Virus record (IMG/VR): IMGVR_UViG_3300020219_000034
Span: 1 to 37,188 of that record
Source of the DNA: a virus
Lineage: Duplodnaviria; Caudoviricetes
Direction: 5' to 3' (one strand)
Length of the DNA stretch: 37,188 bases
Shown one piece after another: positions 5,922 through 15,741 of the stretch. The notes beneath the pieces were generated by a model, which did no database searches, was not told the DNA's origin, and saw nothing but the letters and a program-made list of their open reading frames with translations. Made by a program: the position numbers and the translations under genes. The first letter of the stretch is position 1. Each line of letters begins with the position of its first letter.

Positions 5922-8689
5922 TGGCCACCACTCCAGGGCGCCGGCCCCCGTCGCTCCCCCGCATCGATCCGGTTGAGGGCACCAACAACGCCTACGGCGT
6001 GGACATGGTCAGCCGCGGCAGAGGCGACTACGACGCGATCGTGGAAGCCGGCGGCGACCCAGACGCGACCCCCGTCACGCCCGACGAGATCGCCCGCGCC
6101 GACGCCCTCCGCAAGCGGCACGCCCGCGCTATCCGCAACTTCAAGACCTCGAGCAGCGCCGACGAAGACCAACGCCGCGCCGAACTCGACGACCTGAAGT
6201 ACGCGCGCGCCCGCCTCGAGGACCACTGGACGGCTGGCGACATCACGCGGCGCAGCGGCGAGACGAATGGCGAGTCCGGCAAGCCGGGGTACGGGCGCCC
6301 CATGCTGGTGCTCGACAAGCTGGCCGTACCGAAGCGGCAGACGATGAACGAGGCCCGCAACGCGCGCCTCAGTATCCGCATCAAGGCGAAGGCGGGCCGG
6401 GCGACGAAGAAGAACGCCCAACTGGTGCAGGACGCGGTGCGGGCCATTGAAGTCGACAGCCGCGCGCACATCGCGCGCAACTGGGCCCTCGACCGCGTGA
6501 TCACCTGTGGCCGCGGCTACTACCGCATCGAAACGAAGTACGCCAACGACAAGGATCGCGACCTCGACATCGTCGTCAGTCGCATCCTGAACCAATTCGC
6601 GGTCTACCCGGACCCCTGGCGCAAGGAGCCGGACGGCTCGGACATGAAATTCTGCCTCATCACCGAGGACATCCCGACGCGGGACTATCCAGACCGCTAC
6701 CCGGACAGCAAGCTGGCCAAGAAGATCCGCAAGGCGCTCGAGGAGCAGACCTACGGCGAGATTCTGGCCGGGTCGGTAGTGGAAGACGGGACCGACGCGC
6801 AGCACGAGGGCGGCGCGCTTACAGGGACCGGCGACACGCCGCCCGGCTGGATTACCGAGGCCACGATCCGCGTCGCCGAGCACTTCTACGTCGAGTACGA
6901 GCGCCGCACCAAGCTGTGGGTGCCGACCGGGCAGGGCCATCAGGAGATGTGGGCCGACGAGATCCCGCCGACCGTGCAGTTACCGCCGGACGTGTTGAAG
7001 CGCGAGATCGTCACGCCGGTGGTGCGATGGGAAGTCCTTAACGGCGAAGAAATCCTCGACGAGGAGCAGTGGCCCGGCCGCTTCATCCCGATCGTGGAAG
7101 TCGTCGGCGAGGAGCACAACGTCAACGGCGAGCGGACCTTCAAAGGCATCTACACCGTGGGCAAGGACGCGAATCGGTCCTACGAGTATCACCGCTCGGC
7201 CCAGGTCGAAGCCGTGGCGCTCGCCCCCCGCGCGCCCTACATCGCCGCCGAGGGCCAGACCGAGCTCTATCCGGAGTGGGACACGGCGAACTCCGAGAAT
7301 CACTCGGTCCTGGTCTACAAGCCGACGAGCCACGACGGCCATCTCATGCCCCCGCCGCAGCGCAACACGTCTGAGCCGGCGATCCAGGCGATCACGATCG
7401 CCGCGCAAGCCGCCGACCAGGACATCAAGGACATCACCGGCCGGCACGAAGCGTCCCTCGGCCAATACTCGAGCGAGCGCAGCGGCAAGGCGGTGCAGTC
7501 GCTCCAGCAGCAGGCCCAGGTCGGCAGCTCGCATTTCCTCACGAACCTGGCCGAAATCTCGATGGCCTACGAAGCGCGCATCATCGTGGACCTCCTGCCC
7601 CACATCTACGACCGCCCCGGCCGCGTCATGCGCTTGCTCGGTGAGCGCGACCAGGAGGAGTACGCGATCGTCGGCGCCCCCTTCGTGCAGACCCCGGACG
7701 GGCCGCAAGCCGTGCCGGTCCCCCCAGGCATGCCGCCGGAGGGCATGGTCGGCCAGTCGGTGCAGATGCCGGGGATGGCGAAGCCGCAGCGCACGAAACT
7801 CTACACCTTCGACGCCGACGCCGATTACACCATCGCCGTGGGCGTCGGGCCAAGCACGCAGAGCGCGAAGGACCAGAACAGCGAATCGATCCGCGCCATC
7901 ATGGAAGCCGCCCCCGCCCTCGCGCCGCTCATGGCCGACCTGCTCGCCTCGCAGATGGAAGGCGACATCGCGGAGCAACTGTCGGCCCGCATCAAGGCGG
8001 TGCAGCCCGCAATCGCCAACCTGCCGGGCGACGAGGACGACGACTCGGACATGTCGCCGGAGGCGATGGCGAAGATCCAGGGTCTCACCATGCAGCTGCA
8101 GCAGATGCAGCAGCAACTGCAGGAGGCCACGACCGAGATTCAGACCCGGCGCAGCCAGTACCAGACGCAACTGATGATCGCGCAGGAATCCAACGCCTCC
8201 CGCGAGCGCACCGTGCTCGCCACGACGCGCACGCAACTGGCCATCGCGCAGATGAACGGCGGCGGCAAGGTGGACGTCGCCACGCTGCAGGGCGAGATCG
8301 ACGCCGCGATGGGCGAGTCGCAGCAGGCGCACGACGTCCTCATGGCCCGGCTCGAGGCGTCCCTCGAAGCGCAGCTCTCCGAGGACCAGGACCAGCGTGC
8401 CGCCCGTGCCGGCGACCGCGACGAGACGCGCGCGGTGCGCGGCGACGTGCGAAAGGAATTGATGGCCGGCAGCGCGGCGAGTCGGCAGCGCGCCCTTGCC
8501 CGCGAGCAGCGCGAGGGCGACGAGCAGCGCGCGAGCCGCGACGGCGTGCGACAGGACGTGCAGGCCGAGCGCGCCGACGCGCGGAAAGGCGCCCTCGCGG
8601 CAGCCACCGACCGCCGACAGGCCCAGATCGCCGAGGCGGCCACTGGCCGGGAGGCGCGCGCGACGAAGCCGAAAGCGGCAAAAAGTTGA
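5921..8689 (+). CDS. Portal protein, P22-like, with a long C-terminal coiled-coil extension (922 aa)
   Basis: GRPMLVLDKL, GRGYYRI, VYPDP, WPGRFIPIV, SGKAV and IYDRPGRVMRLLG match P22-type portals; position after terminase. Confidence 0.93.
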   Translation: MATTPGRRPPSLPRIDPVEGTNNAYGVDMVSRGRGDYDAIVEAGGDPDATPVTPDEIARADALRKRHARAIRNFKTSSSADEDQRRAELDDLKYARARLEDHWTAGDITRRSGETNGESGKPGYGRPMLVLDKLAVPKRQTMNEARNARLSIRIKAKAGRATKKNAQLVQDAVRAIEVDSRAHIARNWALDRVITCGRGYYRIETKYANDKDRDLDIVVSRILNQFAVYPDPWRKEPDGSDMKFCLITEDIPTRDYPDRYPDSKLAKKIRKALEEQTYGEILAGSVVEDGTDAQHEGGALTGTGDTPPGWITEATIRVAEHFYVEYERRTKLWVPTGQGHQEMWADEIPPTVQLPPDVLKREIVTPVVRWEVLNGEEILDEEQWPGRFIPIVEVVGEEHNVNGERTFKGIYTVGKDANRSYEYHRSAQVEAVALAPRAPYIAAEGQTELYPEWDTANSENHSVLVYKPTSHDGHLMPPPQRNTSEPAIQAITIAAQAADQDIKDITGRHEASLGQYSSERSGKAVQSLQQQAQVGSSHFLTNLAEISMAYEARIIVDLLPHIYDRPGRVMRLLGERDQEEYAIVGAPFVQTPDGPQAVPVPPGMPPEGMVGQSVQMPGMAKPQRTKLYTFDADADYTIAVGVGPSTQSAKDQNSESIRAIMEAAPALAPLMADLLASQMEGDIAEQLSARIKAVQPAIANLPGDEDDDSDMSPEAMAKIQGLTMQLQQMQQQLQEATTEIQTRRSQYQTQLMIAQESNASRERTVLATTRTQLAIAQMNGGGKVDVATLQGEIDAAMGESQQAHDVLMARLEASLEAQLSEDQDQRAARAGDRDETRAVRGDVRKELMAGSAASRQRALAREQREGDEQRASRDGVRQDVQAERADARKGALAAATDRRQAQIAEAATGREARATKPKAAKS

Positions 8690-8716
8690 CAGCGCCAACC
8701 GTTTGACGTGTAGAGT
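8686..8716 (+). promoter_or_regulatory. Promoter-like site for scaffold and capsid genes: TTGACA-N19-TAGAGT with embedded CGCCA-N6-TGACG
   Basis: TTGACA 8686-8691, near-palindrome 8693-8708, TAGAGT 8711-8716; the spacer is longer than canonical. Confidence 0.45.
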
Positions 8717-8734
8717 ATGAGCCGAGCAGGGACT

Positions 8735-9988
8735 ATGGCCGACACCCCCACCCCGATTGACGACTTCGCCGCAGCCCCCACGGTGGTCTCCGATGACGAC
8801 TTCGTCATCACCGATGGCGGGCAGATCCGGGAAACGGCCGAGGAACTCCGCCACACCCTGAGTCACGACACGCCGGCCGACGTGGCGCCAGGCGACGAGA
8901 CGCCCCCCGGCGAGCGCATCGAGCACGCGGACGGATCGGTCGAGTCCACCGGCGCCGGCAGCGCGAAGGCCGAGAAGGCCGAGAAGGCCACCGAGGCCGT
9001 CAGCAAGCCGAAGCGCACGGTCGAGGGGCGTGTGGCCGAACTCCAAAAGGAGATCGCCACCAGGACGCGCGAGAAGCACGACACCATCCGCGAGCGCGAT
9101 GCCGCCGCCAAGGAACTCGCGGACATCCGCGCCCAATTGGCCGCCTCCCGCGAGCAGGCCCGCCCCGGCTTCCCGCGCGACACCCCCGTGGCGCCAGACG
9201 CCGCCGCCGCCGCGCCGGCCACGCTCCCGAAGAAGCCCGTCTGGAAGGAATACGACGACGCGGGCAAGGACTGGGACGTCTTCAATGACGATCTCGAGGC
9301 CTACCGCGACGCGCGCGCGGCCGCCTCGGAAGGCGTGGTGAAAGGCCACTTCGCCGCCGAACTCGCGCGCGTGCAGGCGGAGGCGGTCGCCCGCGTCGAG
9401 AGCATCGAGGCGCGCGCAGCCGAAGCCACCATCAACGCCGGCCTGCAGGCCCGCGTCGATGCAGTCAAGGCCAGCACCCCCGACTTCGCCACCGCCATGG
9501 CGGACTTGCGCGCCGCGGGGGTTGAACAGACACCGTTCATGCGCGACGTGGTGCGGATGCATCCCAAGGGCGCCGATCTGCTCTACGCGCTCGGCAAGAA
9601 CGTCGAATCCGCGGCGATCCTGCAATCGCTGGACTTCTCGACGGTGATGTTCGACGCCATCATGGAGTCGGACGATCCTACGGCCGTGCTGTTGCATCTC
9701 GCGGAAAGCAGCGAGACGTTTGAACAGATTCGGTCGCTCGATTCGGCGTCTGCCGGAAGGCGGATCGCCGCGCTAGATGCGCGCCTCTCGTCCTCGTCCT
9801 CGCCCGAACCCCGTGCCTCCGGCTCGCGGCGTTCCGGTACGACTGTCTCACGCGCTGCAACCCCCATCCGGCCGGTGGGCGCGAGCAGCAAGGCGTCAGT
9901 AGTGGACGACGAGGACGACGAAGGCGAATCCTTCGAGTCGTGGATGTCCCGCGAGAACAAGCGGGACGCCGATCACGGCCGTCGCTAG
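8735..9988 (+). CDS. Capsid scaffolding protein
   Basis: Between portal and coat; acidic disordered N-terminus, coiled coils, GADLLYALGKN module, C-terminal acidic stretch then FESWMSRE helix. Start 8735 preferred over 8717 because of the RBS. Confidence 0.85.
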   Translation: MADTPTPIDDFAAAPTVVSDDDFVITDGGQIRETAEELRHTLSHDTPADVAPGDETPPGERIEHADGSVESTGAGSAKAEKAEKATEAVSKPKRTVEGRVAELQKEIATRTREKHDTIRERDAAAKELADIRAQLAASREQARPGFPRDTPVAPDAAAAAPATLPKKPVWKEYDDAGKDWDVFNDDLEAYRDARAAASEGVVKGHFAAELARVQAEAVARVESIEARAAEATINAGLQARVDAVKASTPDFATAMADLRAAGVEQTPFMRDVVRMHPKGADLLYALGKNVESAAILQSLDFSTVMFDAIMESDDPTAVLLHLAESSETFEQIRSLDSASAGRRIAALDARLSSSSSPEPRASGSRRSGTTVSRAATPIRPVGASSKASVVDDEDDEGESFESWMSRENKRDADHGRR

Positions 9989-10058
9989 ATCCTCCACCAC
10001 CGGCACCTGTCGTCTTTCGGGCGGTTCGCAGCACGCGACTGCTCCGTAGAGGTCTGAC

Positions 10059-11315
10059 ATGTCCGTATCGAACAGCCTGGTGACGCCGTCCTGGGTCATC
10101 AAGAAAGTCACGCAGCGTCTCACCAACACGCTCCGCTTTGCCGCCAACGTGACGCGGGGCTACGACAGCCAGTACACGATCTCCGGCGCCAAGGTGGGCT
10201 ATACCGTGAACGCGCGTCTGCCGCAGCGTTACATGGTCAACAAAGGCCAGGCGCTCAACCCCGTCAGCGCCAACGAAGAAGTGGTCCCGATCACCCTCAC
10301 CGATCAGGCGAACGTCGGCATCGAGTTCAGCTCGGCCAGCCTCCGGATGGAAGTGGACAACTACACCGAACGCTACATCGACCCGGCCGTGGAAGCACTC
10401 GGCAATCAGATGGACCTCGACGGGCTGCAGCGGATGTACAAGCGCGTGTTCCGCACGGTGGGCACGCCTGCCGTGGTCCCCACGACCAACGCGTCCTACC
10501 TCGATGCGACCGTGAAGCTCACGGAAGGCTCGGTCCCGACCGGCCGTCTCGTGGCGATTCTCACCGCGCAGATGCACGCGTCGCTGGCGAACGCCAATCT
10601 GGCGTTGTTCAATCCCGGCGCCGTGATCTCCAAGCAGTACCGCACCGGCAAGATTGCCGGCGAAGTGCTGGGCATCAAGGAGTGGTACATCGACGAGAAC
10701 GCGCCGACGCACGTGGTCGGCCCACTCGGCGGGACCCCCTTGGTCAACGTGGCGGCGGGCGCGGCCGGCGCCGCCTCCGGCGTGACGTCGCTCGTCACGG
10801 ACGGCTGGACCGCCGCCGCGGCCAAGCGCCTGAACGAAGGCGACGTCATCCAGTTCGACGGCGTCTTCGACATCAACCCGATGTCGTACCAGTCCACCGG
10901 GCGGCTCAAGGACTACGTGGTGAGCGCCGACGTCTTCTCCGACGGCAGCGGCAACGCGACGATCCCGTTCTCGCCCCCGCTGGTCTATGGCGCGAGCAAC
11001 GCCTACTCGACCGCCACGGGTCGCCCGGCGGACAACGCGATCATCACGATCTTCGGCCACGCCTCGACGCACGCGAACAAGGTCACGCGCACCGGCCTGG
11101 TGTATGACCCGAACGCCTTCACGTGCGTGATGGCGGACCTCCCCCTGCCGCAGGGGGTGTGGGTGAGCAAGCGCATCAGCAACGCGGCCATCGCCATGAG
11201 CGTCCGCTTCATCAAGGCGTACGACGTCATGACCGACCAGTCCCCGGCGCGTCTCGACATCCTGTACGGCTGGGCCGCAGTGCGCCCCGAACTCGCCGTG
11301 CGGATCCAGAGCTAG
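10059..11315 (+). CDS. Major capsid protein, P22 gp5-like
   Basis: SNSLVTP start, GAKVGYTVNARLP, RYIDPAVEAL, RLDILYGWAAVRPELAVRI end; GAGG RBS. Confidence 0.96.
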   Translation: MSVSNSLVTPSWVIKKVTQRLTNTLRFAANVTRGYDSQYTISGAKVGYTVNARLPQRYMVNKGQALNPVSANEEVVPITLTDQANVGIEFSSASLRMEVDNYTERYIDPAVEALGNQMDLDGLQRMYKRVFRTVGTPAVVPTTNASYLDATVKLTEGSVPTGRLVAILTAQMHASLANANLALFNPGAVISKQYRTGKIAGEVLGIKEWYIDENAPTHVVGPLGGTPLVNVAAGAAGAASGVTSLVTDGWTAAAAKRLNEGDVIQFDGVFDINPMSYQSTGRLKDYVVSADVFSDGSGNATIPFSPPLVYGASNAYSTATGRPADNAIITIFGHASTHANKVTRTGLVYDPNAFTCVMADLPLPQGVWVSKRISNAAIAMSVRFIKAYDVMTDQSPARLDILYGWAAVRPELAVRIQS

Positions 11316-11337
11316 CCGACACGCCCCAGCAGCGATC

Positions 11338-11378
11338 GCGGCGCGCGCGGTGAGGTTCACGCCTCCCGCGCGCACCGC
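11338..11378 (+). terminator. Long GC-rich hairpin after the coat gene (no U-tract)
   Basis: About 16 base pairs around a TTCACG loop, with one bulge and one mismatch. Confidence 0.5.
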
Positions 11379-11410
11379 CTTACCCCAGTTTCCAGGAAGG
11401 ACTCACGCTC

Positions 11411-12007
11411 ATGGCTATCACTCGCACCACTCTGTCGGCAGCGGCATCGAAGGATACCGACACGTTCTACCTCACCTCGGCCGCCGGCGCAGCCGCGGGC
11501 ACGATCGTGAAGGTGAACAACGAGTACTCGACCATCGTCCGCGTGGACGGCACCGCCGTGCGCGTTCGCAGCCGCGGCCAGAATGGCGGCCGCGCCATCG
11601 CCCACGCGCAGCTCTCGCCGGTCATGTTCGCCCTCGCCGCGGACCTCGCGCCCTACATCACCGAGCACGGCGGGCTGGCCTCCGAACTCGAGGAAATCAC
11701 CCTGAGCGCGGACGGGGCGATCGCGATCCCGACGCGCCACACCCGCATCAACATCATGAAGGGCTCCATTGCGGCGTTGACCCTGACGGCGCCCGGCTTG
11801 ACCGTCCTCGACGGGATCGAGTTGCAGATCCACGGCGTGTCGTTGTTCGCGCACACCGTCACCCTGACCGCGGGCTTCTACGGCAACACCACGACCTCCG
11901 ACGTCGCTACGTTCGCGGCCGGCGGCGGCGCGTGCTTGTCGCTCGAAACCAAGAACGGCCTGTGGGCGGTGAAGGGCGGCGGCACCATCGGCGTCACCTT
12001 CGCCTAG
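11411..12007 (+). CDS. Putative capsid decoration or minor head protein
   Basis: Directly after the coat gene; Thr/Ala/Gly-rich beta-type sequence; GGAAGGA RBS. Confidence 0.7.
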   Translation: MAITRTTLSAAASKDTDTFYLTSAAGAAAGTIVKVNNEYSTIVRVDGTAVRVRSRGQNGGRAIAHAQLSPVMFALAADLAPYITEHGGLASELEEITLSADGAIAIPTRHTRINIMKGSIAALTLTAPGLTVLDGIELQIHGVSLFAHTVTLTAGFYGNTTTSDVATFAAGGGACLSLETKNGLWAVKGGGTIGVTFA

Positions 12008-12024
12008 CGCGGTTCTCGCCAACT

Positions 12025-12070
12025 TGACCGGGGCCCGTGGGCGCTTCGCAGCCGCCTCGGGCGCCGGTCA
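12025..12070 (+). terminator. GC-rich intergenic hairpin (no U-tract)
   Basis: TGACCGG...CCGGTCA closing stem with an inner GCCCG/CGGGC stem. Confidence 0.45.
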
Positions 12071-12108
12071 CTCGTCCTGTCACCCGCTGCGAACAAGGAC
12101 GTTCACCA

Positions 12109-12438
12109 ATGGCAGACAAACCCCAGCCGGCGCAGTTCCCCAAGTGGATGTTTCACGGGGATCACGGCAAGCAGCTCTTCGAGTCGCCCTCGGAAGTCGT
12201 GGGCGACGGCTGGTGCGAATCACCCGCCGAGTGCGGCCTACCCCCGGCTTTCGTGCCAGCCGAACCCGGCGGGATGGTCCTCACCCCCGTGGGCGCCACG
12301 ACGCCGGACGCCGATATCCACCACGGCCTGGGCGAGATGACCCGCATGAATCGGGCCACGAAGCTGCAGCAGCCGGCCGAACTCATGACGGCGGCCCAGC
12401 AGCGCGCCGCCGTTGCCCGCACGGCCGCGAAGCGGTAA
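12109..12438 (+). CDS. Small head-associated protein (FPKWMFH...GWCESP motif)
   Basis: AAGGA RBS; motif recalled from small proteins lying between coat and gp4-like genes in P22-like phages. Confidence 0.75.
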   Translation: MADKPQPAQFPKWMFHGDHGKQLFESPSEVVGDGWCESPAECGLPPAFVPAEPGGMVLTPVGATTPDADIHHGLGEMTRMNRATKLQQPAELMTAAQQRAAVARTAAKR

Positions 12439-12449
12439 ACGTGACCTCC

Positions 12450-12482
12450 CCGGCTGGGCGGCCCTCGTGACCGCCCGGCCGG
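12450..12482 (+). terminator. GC-rich intergenic hairpin
   Basis: CCGGCTGGGCGG-N9-CCGCCCGGCCGG. Confidence 0.45.
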
Positions 12483-12506
12483 ACTCCCGTCCCAGAGAGA
12501 TTCCAC

Positions 12507-13235
12507 ATGGCCACCACCGCTCGCACGCTGATCACGAATGCGCTGCGCGACCTGGCGGCCATTGGCGCACGCCAGCCGGTCTCGGCGGACGATCTCGAGT
12601 TCGGCCTGACCACGCTCAATGAATGGGTGGGCAGCCTCCGCACGCAGCGCACGGCGACGTTCATGGTGTCGCGCCACGTCCTGCCGCTCACGGCCGGCGT
12701 CGGCAGCTACACGATTGGCCCCGGCGGCGCGTTCAATCTCGACCGGCCCAACCGTATCGAAGGCGTCGGACTCGTCTTCGACCGCACCGCCGCCACCGTG
12801 ACCGAGGTCAGCCTGGGCCGCCCCCTGAACGTGTCGGAGTATCAGCACGTCGTGGCCAAGGCCCAGGCCTCGACGCACCCCTACGGCGTCTACTACGACT
12901 GGGGCATGGCCGCAGGCTTGGGCACGATCCGCGTCATCCCGACCCCCTCCGGCGCGGTGAGTGACCTCGTGCTCTACCTGCCGAGCCCGGTGCAGCGGTT
13001 CACCGACCTGAGCACCACCTACCACTTCCCGGACGGCTACGAGCGTGCCATTCGCGCGAATCTCGCCATCGAGCTCGCCCCGGCCTGGGAGCGCGAGCCC
13101 GCCGGCGCGCTGGTGGCCCGTGCCAGCGAGGCGATGGCCGACGTGCGCCGCGCCAACCACCGGCCGCGCATCCTGAGCGTGGACGCCACGCTCCTGGGCA
13201 TCTCGGGCGGCTACAACGTCTGGACGGATCGCTAA
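12507..13235 (+). CDS. Head-to-tail adaptor (P22 gp4-like DNA stabilization protein)
   Basis: TARTLITNALRDL, GLTTLNEW and FPDGYERAIRANLAIELAP motifs; gene position. Confidence 0.85.
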   Translation: MATTARTLITNALRDLAAIGARQPVSADDLEFGLTTLNEWVGSLRTQRTATFMVSRHVLPLTAGVGSYTIGPGGAFNLDRPNRIEGVGLVFDRTAATVTEVSLGRPLNVSEYQHVVAKAQASTHPYGVYYDWGMAAGLGTIRVIPTPSGAVSDLVLYLPSPVQRFTDLSTTYHFPDGYERAIRANLAIELAPAWEREPAGALVARASEAMADVRRANHRPRILSVDATLLGISGGYNVWTDR

Positions 13236-13238
13236 CCG

Positions 13239-14690
13239 ATGGAGTATCCGAGCTTCGTCGGCGGCAGCTACAAGGCCAACAACCCGTTTGCGGCGAACGA
13301 GCTGACCATCAACTGGTATCCCGCCCCGCTCGAGTCGGAGGGCGCGCTGGCGCGCTGGCATCTCGTGCCGACGCCGGGCGTCGCCGTCTGGCCACGGTTC
13401 GACTCCGTCGGCCTGTCTGGGCCGGGCCGGGCCTTCGGGTTGTTCAACGGGCGCCTCTTCGCCGTGCTCGGCTCCGCCTTTGTGGAGTTCGTCAACGGTC
13501 TGCCCGGCGGCATCATCTATACCTACGGCACGATCGCCGGCACGCCCAACCGCGCGACGATGGCCTACAACGGCACCGGCGGCCATCAGATCCACATCAC
13601 GGGCGGCGGCATTTCGTACATCTTCGACACCGTGTCAGGCGTCCTCACGCTCGCCACCAACCAATCCCCGAGTGGCATGGCGTCGAGCACGGCCATGCTG
13701 GACGGCTACTTCTTCATGCTCGACCAAGCCGCGAACACCGTGTATCAGTCGGCGTTGCTGGACGGCAACCTGTTCAACTCGCTCGACAAGGCGCAGCGCA
13801 TCGTGGCGGATGACCCGTGGCGCCAGATCGGCGTCCTCGGCAAGGAACTCTTCCTCCTCGGCCAGTACACGTCGGAGGTCTGGTACGGGGCCGGCACGTT
13901 CCCCTTCACGATCGCGCCGCACCCGTCCGGCGCGATCGAGATTGGCATCGCGGCCGACTTCTCCCTGGCGAAGGTGGGCAGCAGCCTGTTCTGGCTGGCG
14001 CAGACGCGGAACGTGCGGGCGCAGGTCGTGCAGGCCGACGGGTTGCAGCCGCAGGTCGTCTCCGACTTGGCGGTGCAGGCCGCGATGGGGCGCTACGCCC
14101 GCATCGACGACGCGATCGGCTTCGCCTTCGCGGACGTAGACGGCCACGAGTTCTACGGGTTGACGTTCCCCTCGGGCGACACGACGTGGTGCTACGACCT
14201 CATGACGCGCCGCTGGCACGAGCGCCGCACTTGGTATGCGGAGCAATCCCGCTGGGGCTGCTGGCGCCCGCTTTACCACGCCCGGTTCGATGGCCAGAAC
14301 CTCACGCTCAGTCTCGACAGCCCCGACCTGCTGCAGCTCGTGGACACGCTCGGGACCGACCTCGACCGCCCCGTGCGCCGCGTCCGGCAGGCGCCGCACG
14401 TCACCAACCAGCTCGAGCGCATCTACTTCTCGCGGTTCCGGTTGCATCTCCACGCCGGCCAGGGCGCGATCAGCGGCCAGGGCGTCGACCCCATGGTCGA
14501 ACTCCAGGTCTCCAACGACGGCGGCGAGACGTTCTACTCGGAGGGCTACTCCGGCGCCGGCCGGCTCGGGGAGTACAACCGCTTCCCGGAGTGGACGCGC
14601 TTGGGCTCCGCAGAAAATCGCCAGTTCCGCATCGAGACCACTGACCCCACGCCCTGGCGCATCGTCGGCGCCTACCTGGACGCCACATAG
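13239..14690 (+). CDS. Tail hub/nozzle (P22 gp10-like DNA stabilization protein)
   Basis: FVGGSY start, INWYP, TPG, LDGYF, GHEFYGLTFP, TWCYD...WHER, SNDGGETF, WTRLG; beta-propeller-like. Confidence 0.9.
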   Translation: MEYPSFVGGSYKANNPFAANELTINWYPAPLESEGALARWHLVPTPGVAVWPRFDSVGLSGPGRAFGLFNGRLFAVLGSAFVEFVNGLPGGIIYTYGTIAGTPNRATMAYNGTGGHQIHITGGGISYIFDTVSGVLTLATNQSPSGMASSTAMLDGYFFMLDQAANTVYQSALLDGNLFNSLDKAQRIVADDPWRQIGVLGKELFLLGQYTSEVWYGAGTFPFTIAPHPSGAIEIGIAADFSLAKVGSSLFWLAQTRNVRAQVVQADGLQPQVVSDLAVQAAMGRYARIDDAIGFAFADVDGHEFYGLTFPSGDTTWCYDLMTRRWHERRTWYAEQSRWGCWRPLYHARFDGQNLTLSLDSPDLLQLVDTLGTDLDRPVRRVRQAPHVTNQLERIYFSRFRLHLHAGQGAISGQGVDPMVELQVSNDGGETFYSEGYSGAGRLGEYNRFPEWTRLGSAENRQFRIETTDPTPWRIVGAYLDAT

Positions 14691-14691
14691 C

Positions 14692-15300
14692 ATGGCTCAC
14701 CTGCCGCCCTTCCCGAGCCGCGACGACGTCATCACCACCCAGGCGCCGCGCAACCGCTTCACCAAGCGGATCGCGGACTGGCTACAAGCCGTGGTCGATA
14801 GCCTCGAGACGCTCGACACGCGCGCGTCGAGCCTCGTCGCGCAGGACGCCGCGCTGCTCATGGCCGATGTCGCCCTGGTCGCCGCTGTGGCGGCGTTGCA
14901 GCCCGCGACCGGCGTCTGGACCCCGGCGCTCACCTTCGGCGGCGCCGCGGTTGGTCTGACCTACTCCGACCGCGGGGGCTGGTGGGCGCGTCTCGGCAAC
15001 GTCGTCACGGTGAGCGGCCGCATTATCCTGTCGGCGAACGGCAGCAGCACGGGCACGGCGACGGTCGCCGGACTGCCGGTCGCGGCGATGGCCGCCACGC
15101 CCAATCCGAACTACACGGGCGCCGTGCTCTCTGGCGCCATGGTGGGCCTGACCTCCGGCGTGCTCGCCCGCGTGCAAGGCGGCAGCACGGTCATCGACCT
15201 GCTCGACACGGGCACCACGGGCGTGGCCGTGCTCGACGAGTCCAACTTCGGAGCGACGAGCGTGCTCACGTTCGCGTTCTCCTACTTGGTGCAGCCGTGA
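14692..15300 (+). CDS. Tail needle or short fibre-like protein (coiled coil plus beta knob)
   Basis: P22 gp26 position; heptad N-terminal part, then GVWTPALTFGG...W.RLGNVVTVSG...GLP, typical of fibre knob domains. Confidence 0.7.
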   Translation: MAHLPPFPSRDDVITTQAPRNRFTKRIADWLQAVVDSLETLDTRASSLVAQDAALLMADVALVAAVAALQPATGVWTPALTFGGAAVGLTYSDRGGWWARLGNVVTVSGRIILSANGSSTGTATVAGLPVAAMAATPNPNYTGAVLSGAMVGLTSGVLARVQGGSTVIDLLDTGTTGVAVLDESNFGATSVLTFAFSYLVQP

Positions 15301-15740
15301 CGACCATCCGTCACGCCGAACCGGCCGACCTGGCGCGCATCGTGGAGATGGGCGAGACGTTCGTCGCGTCGTCGCACTTCAAGGATCTCGGCCCCGCCGA
15401 CCCGCACCGTATTGCGGCGCTCACGCGGACGCTGGCCCAGCACCCCGACGGGTGCGTCTTCGTGGCCGAGGTCGAGGGCCGCGTCGTCGGGATGCTGGCC
15501 GGGCACATCCCCGTGCATCCGATGCTCGACGTGGTCATGGCGTCCGAGCTGGTCTGGTGGGTGGACGTCGCGCACCGCACCGGCCGTGTCGGGCTGCGCC
15601 TCCTGACCGCGTTCGAGGGTTGGGCGCGGGACCACGGCGCGTCCCATGTGCAGATGATCGCGCCGAACGAGAAGGTGGCGGCGTTCTACGACCGCCTCAA
15701 GTTCGAGCGCGTCGAAATTGCGTACGCGCGGAGGGTGTGA
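15297..15740 (+). CDS. GNAT-family acetyltransferase
   Basis: GTG start overlapping the upstream stop; IRHAEPADL, VFVAE..GRVVG, WWVDVAHRTGRVGLRLL, FYDRLKF. Confidence 0.9.
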   Translation: MTTIRHAEPADLARIVEMGETFVASSHFKDLGPADPHRIAALTRTLAQHPDGCVFVAEVEGRVVGMLAGHIPVHPMLDVVMASELVWWVDVAHRTGRVGLRLLTAFEGWARDHGASHVQMIAPNEKVAAFYDRLKFERVEIAYARRV

Positions 15741-15741
15741 A

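Noticed and set aside
5717-14693. Long minus-strand ORFs (for example 6980..9697, 9678..11375, 12162..13595, 13635..14693)
   Set aside because: In-register antisense shadows of GC3-rich + strand genes; Arg/Gly/Val-rich with no motifs or RBS.
14236-15296. Extended starts for the needle (14236) and GNAT (14982) ORFs
   Set aside because: They overlap upstream genes with shadow-like sequence; coupled starts at 14692 and 15297 fit better.
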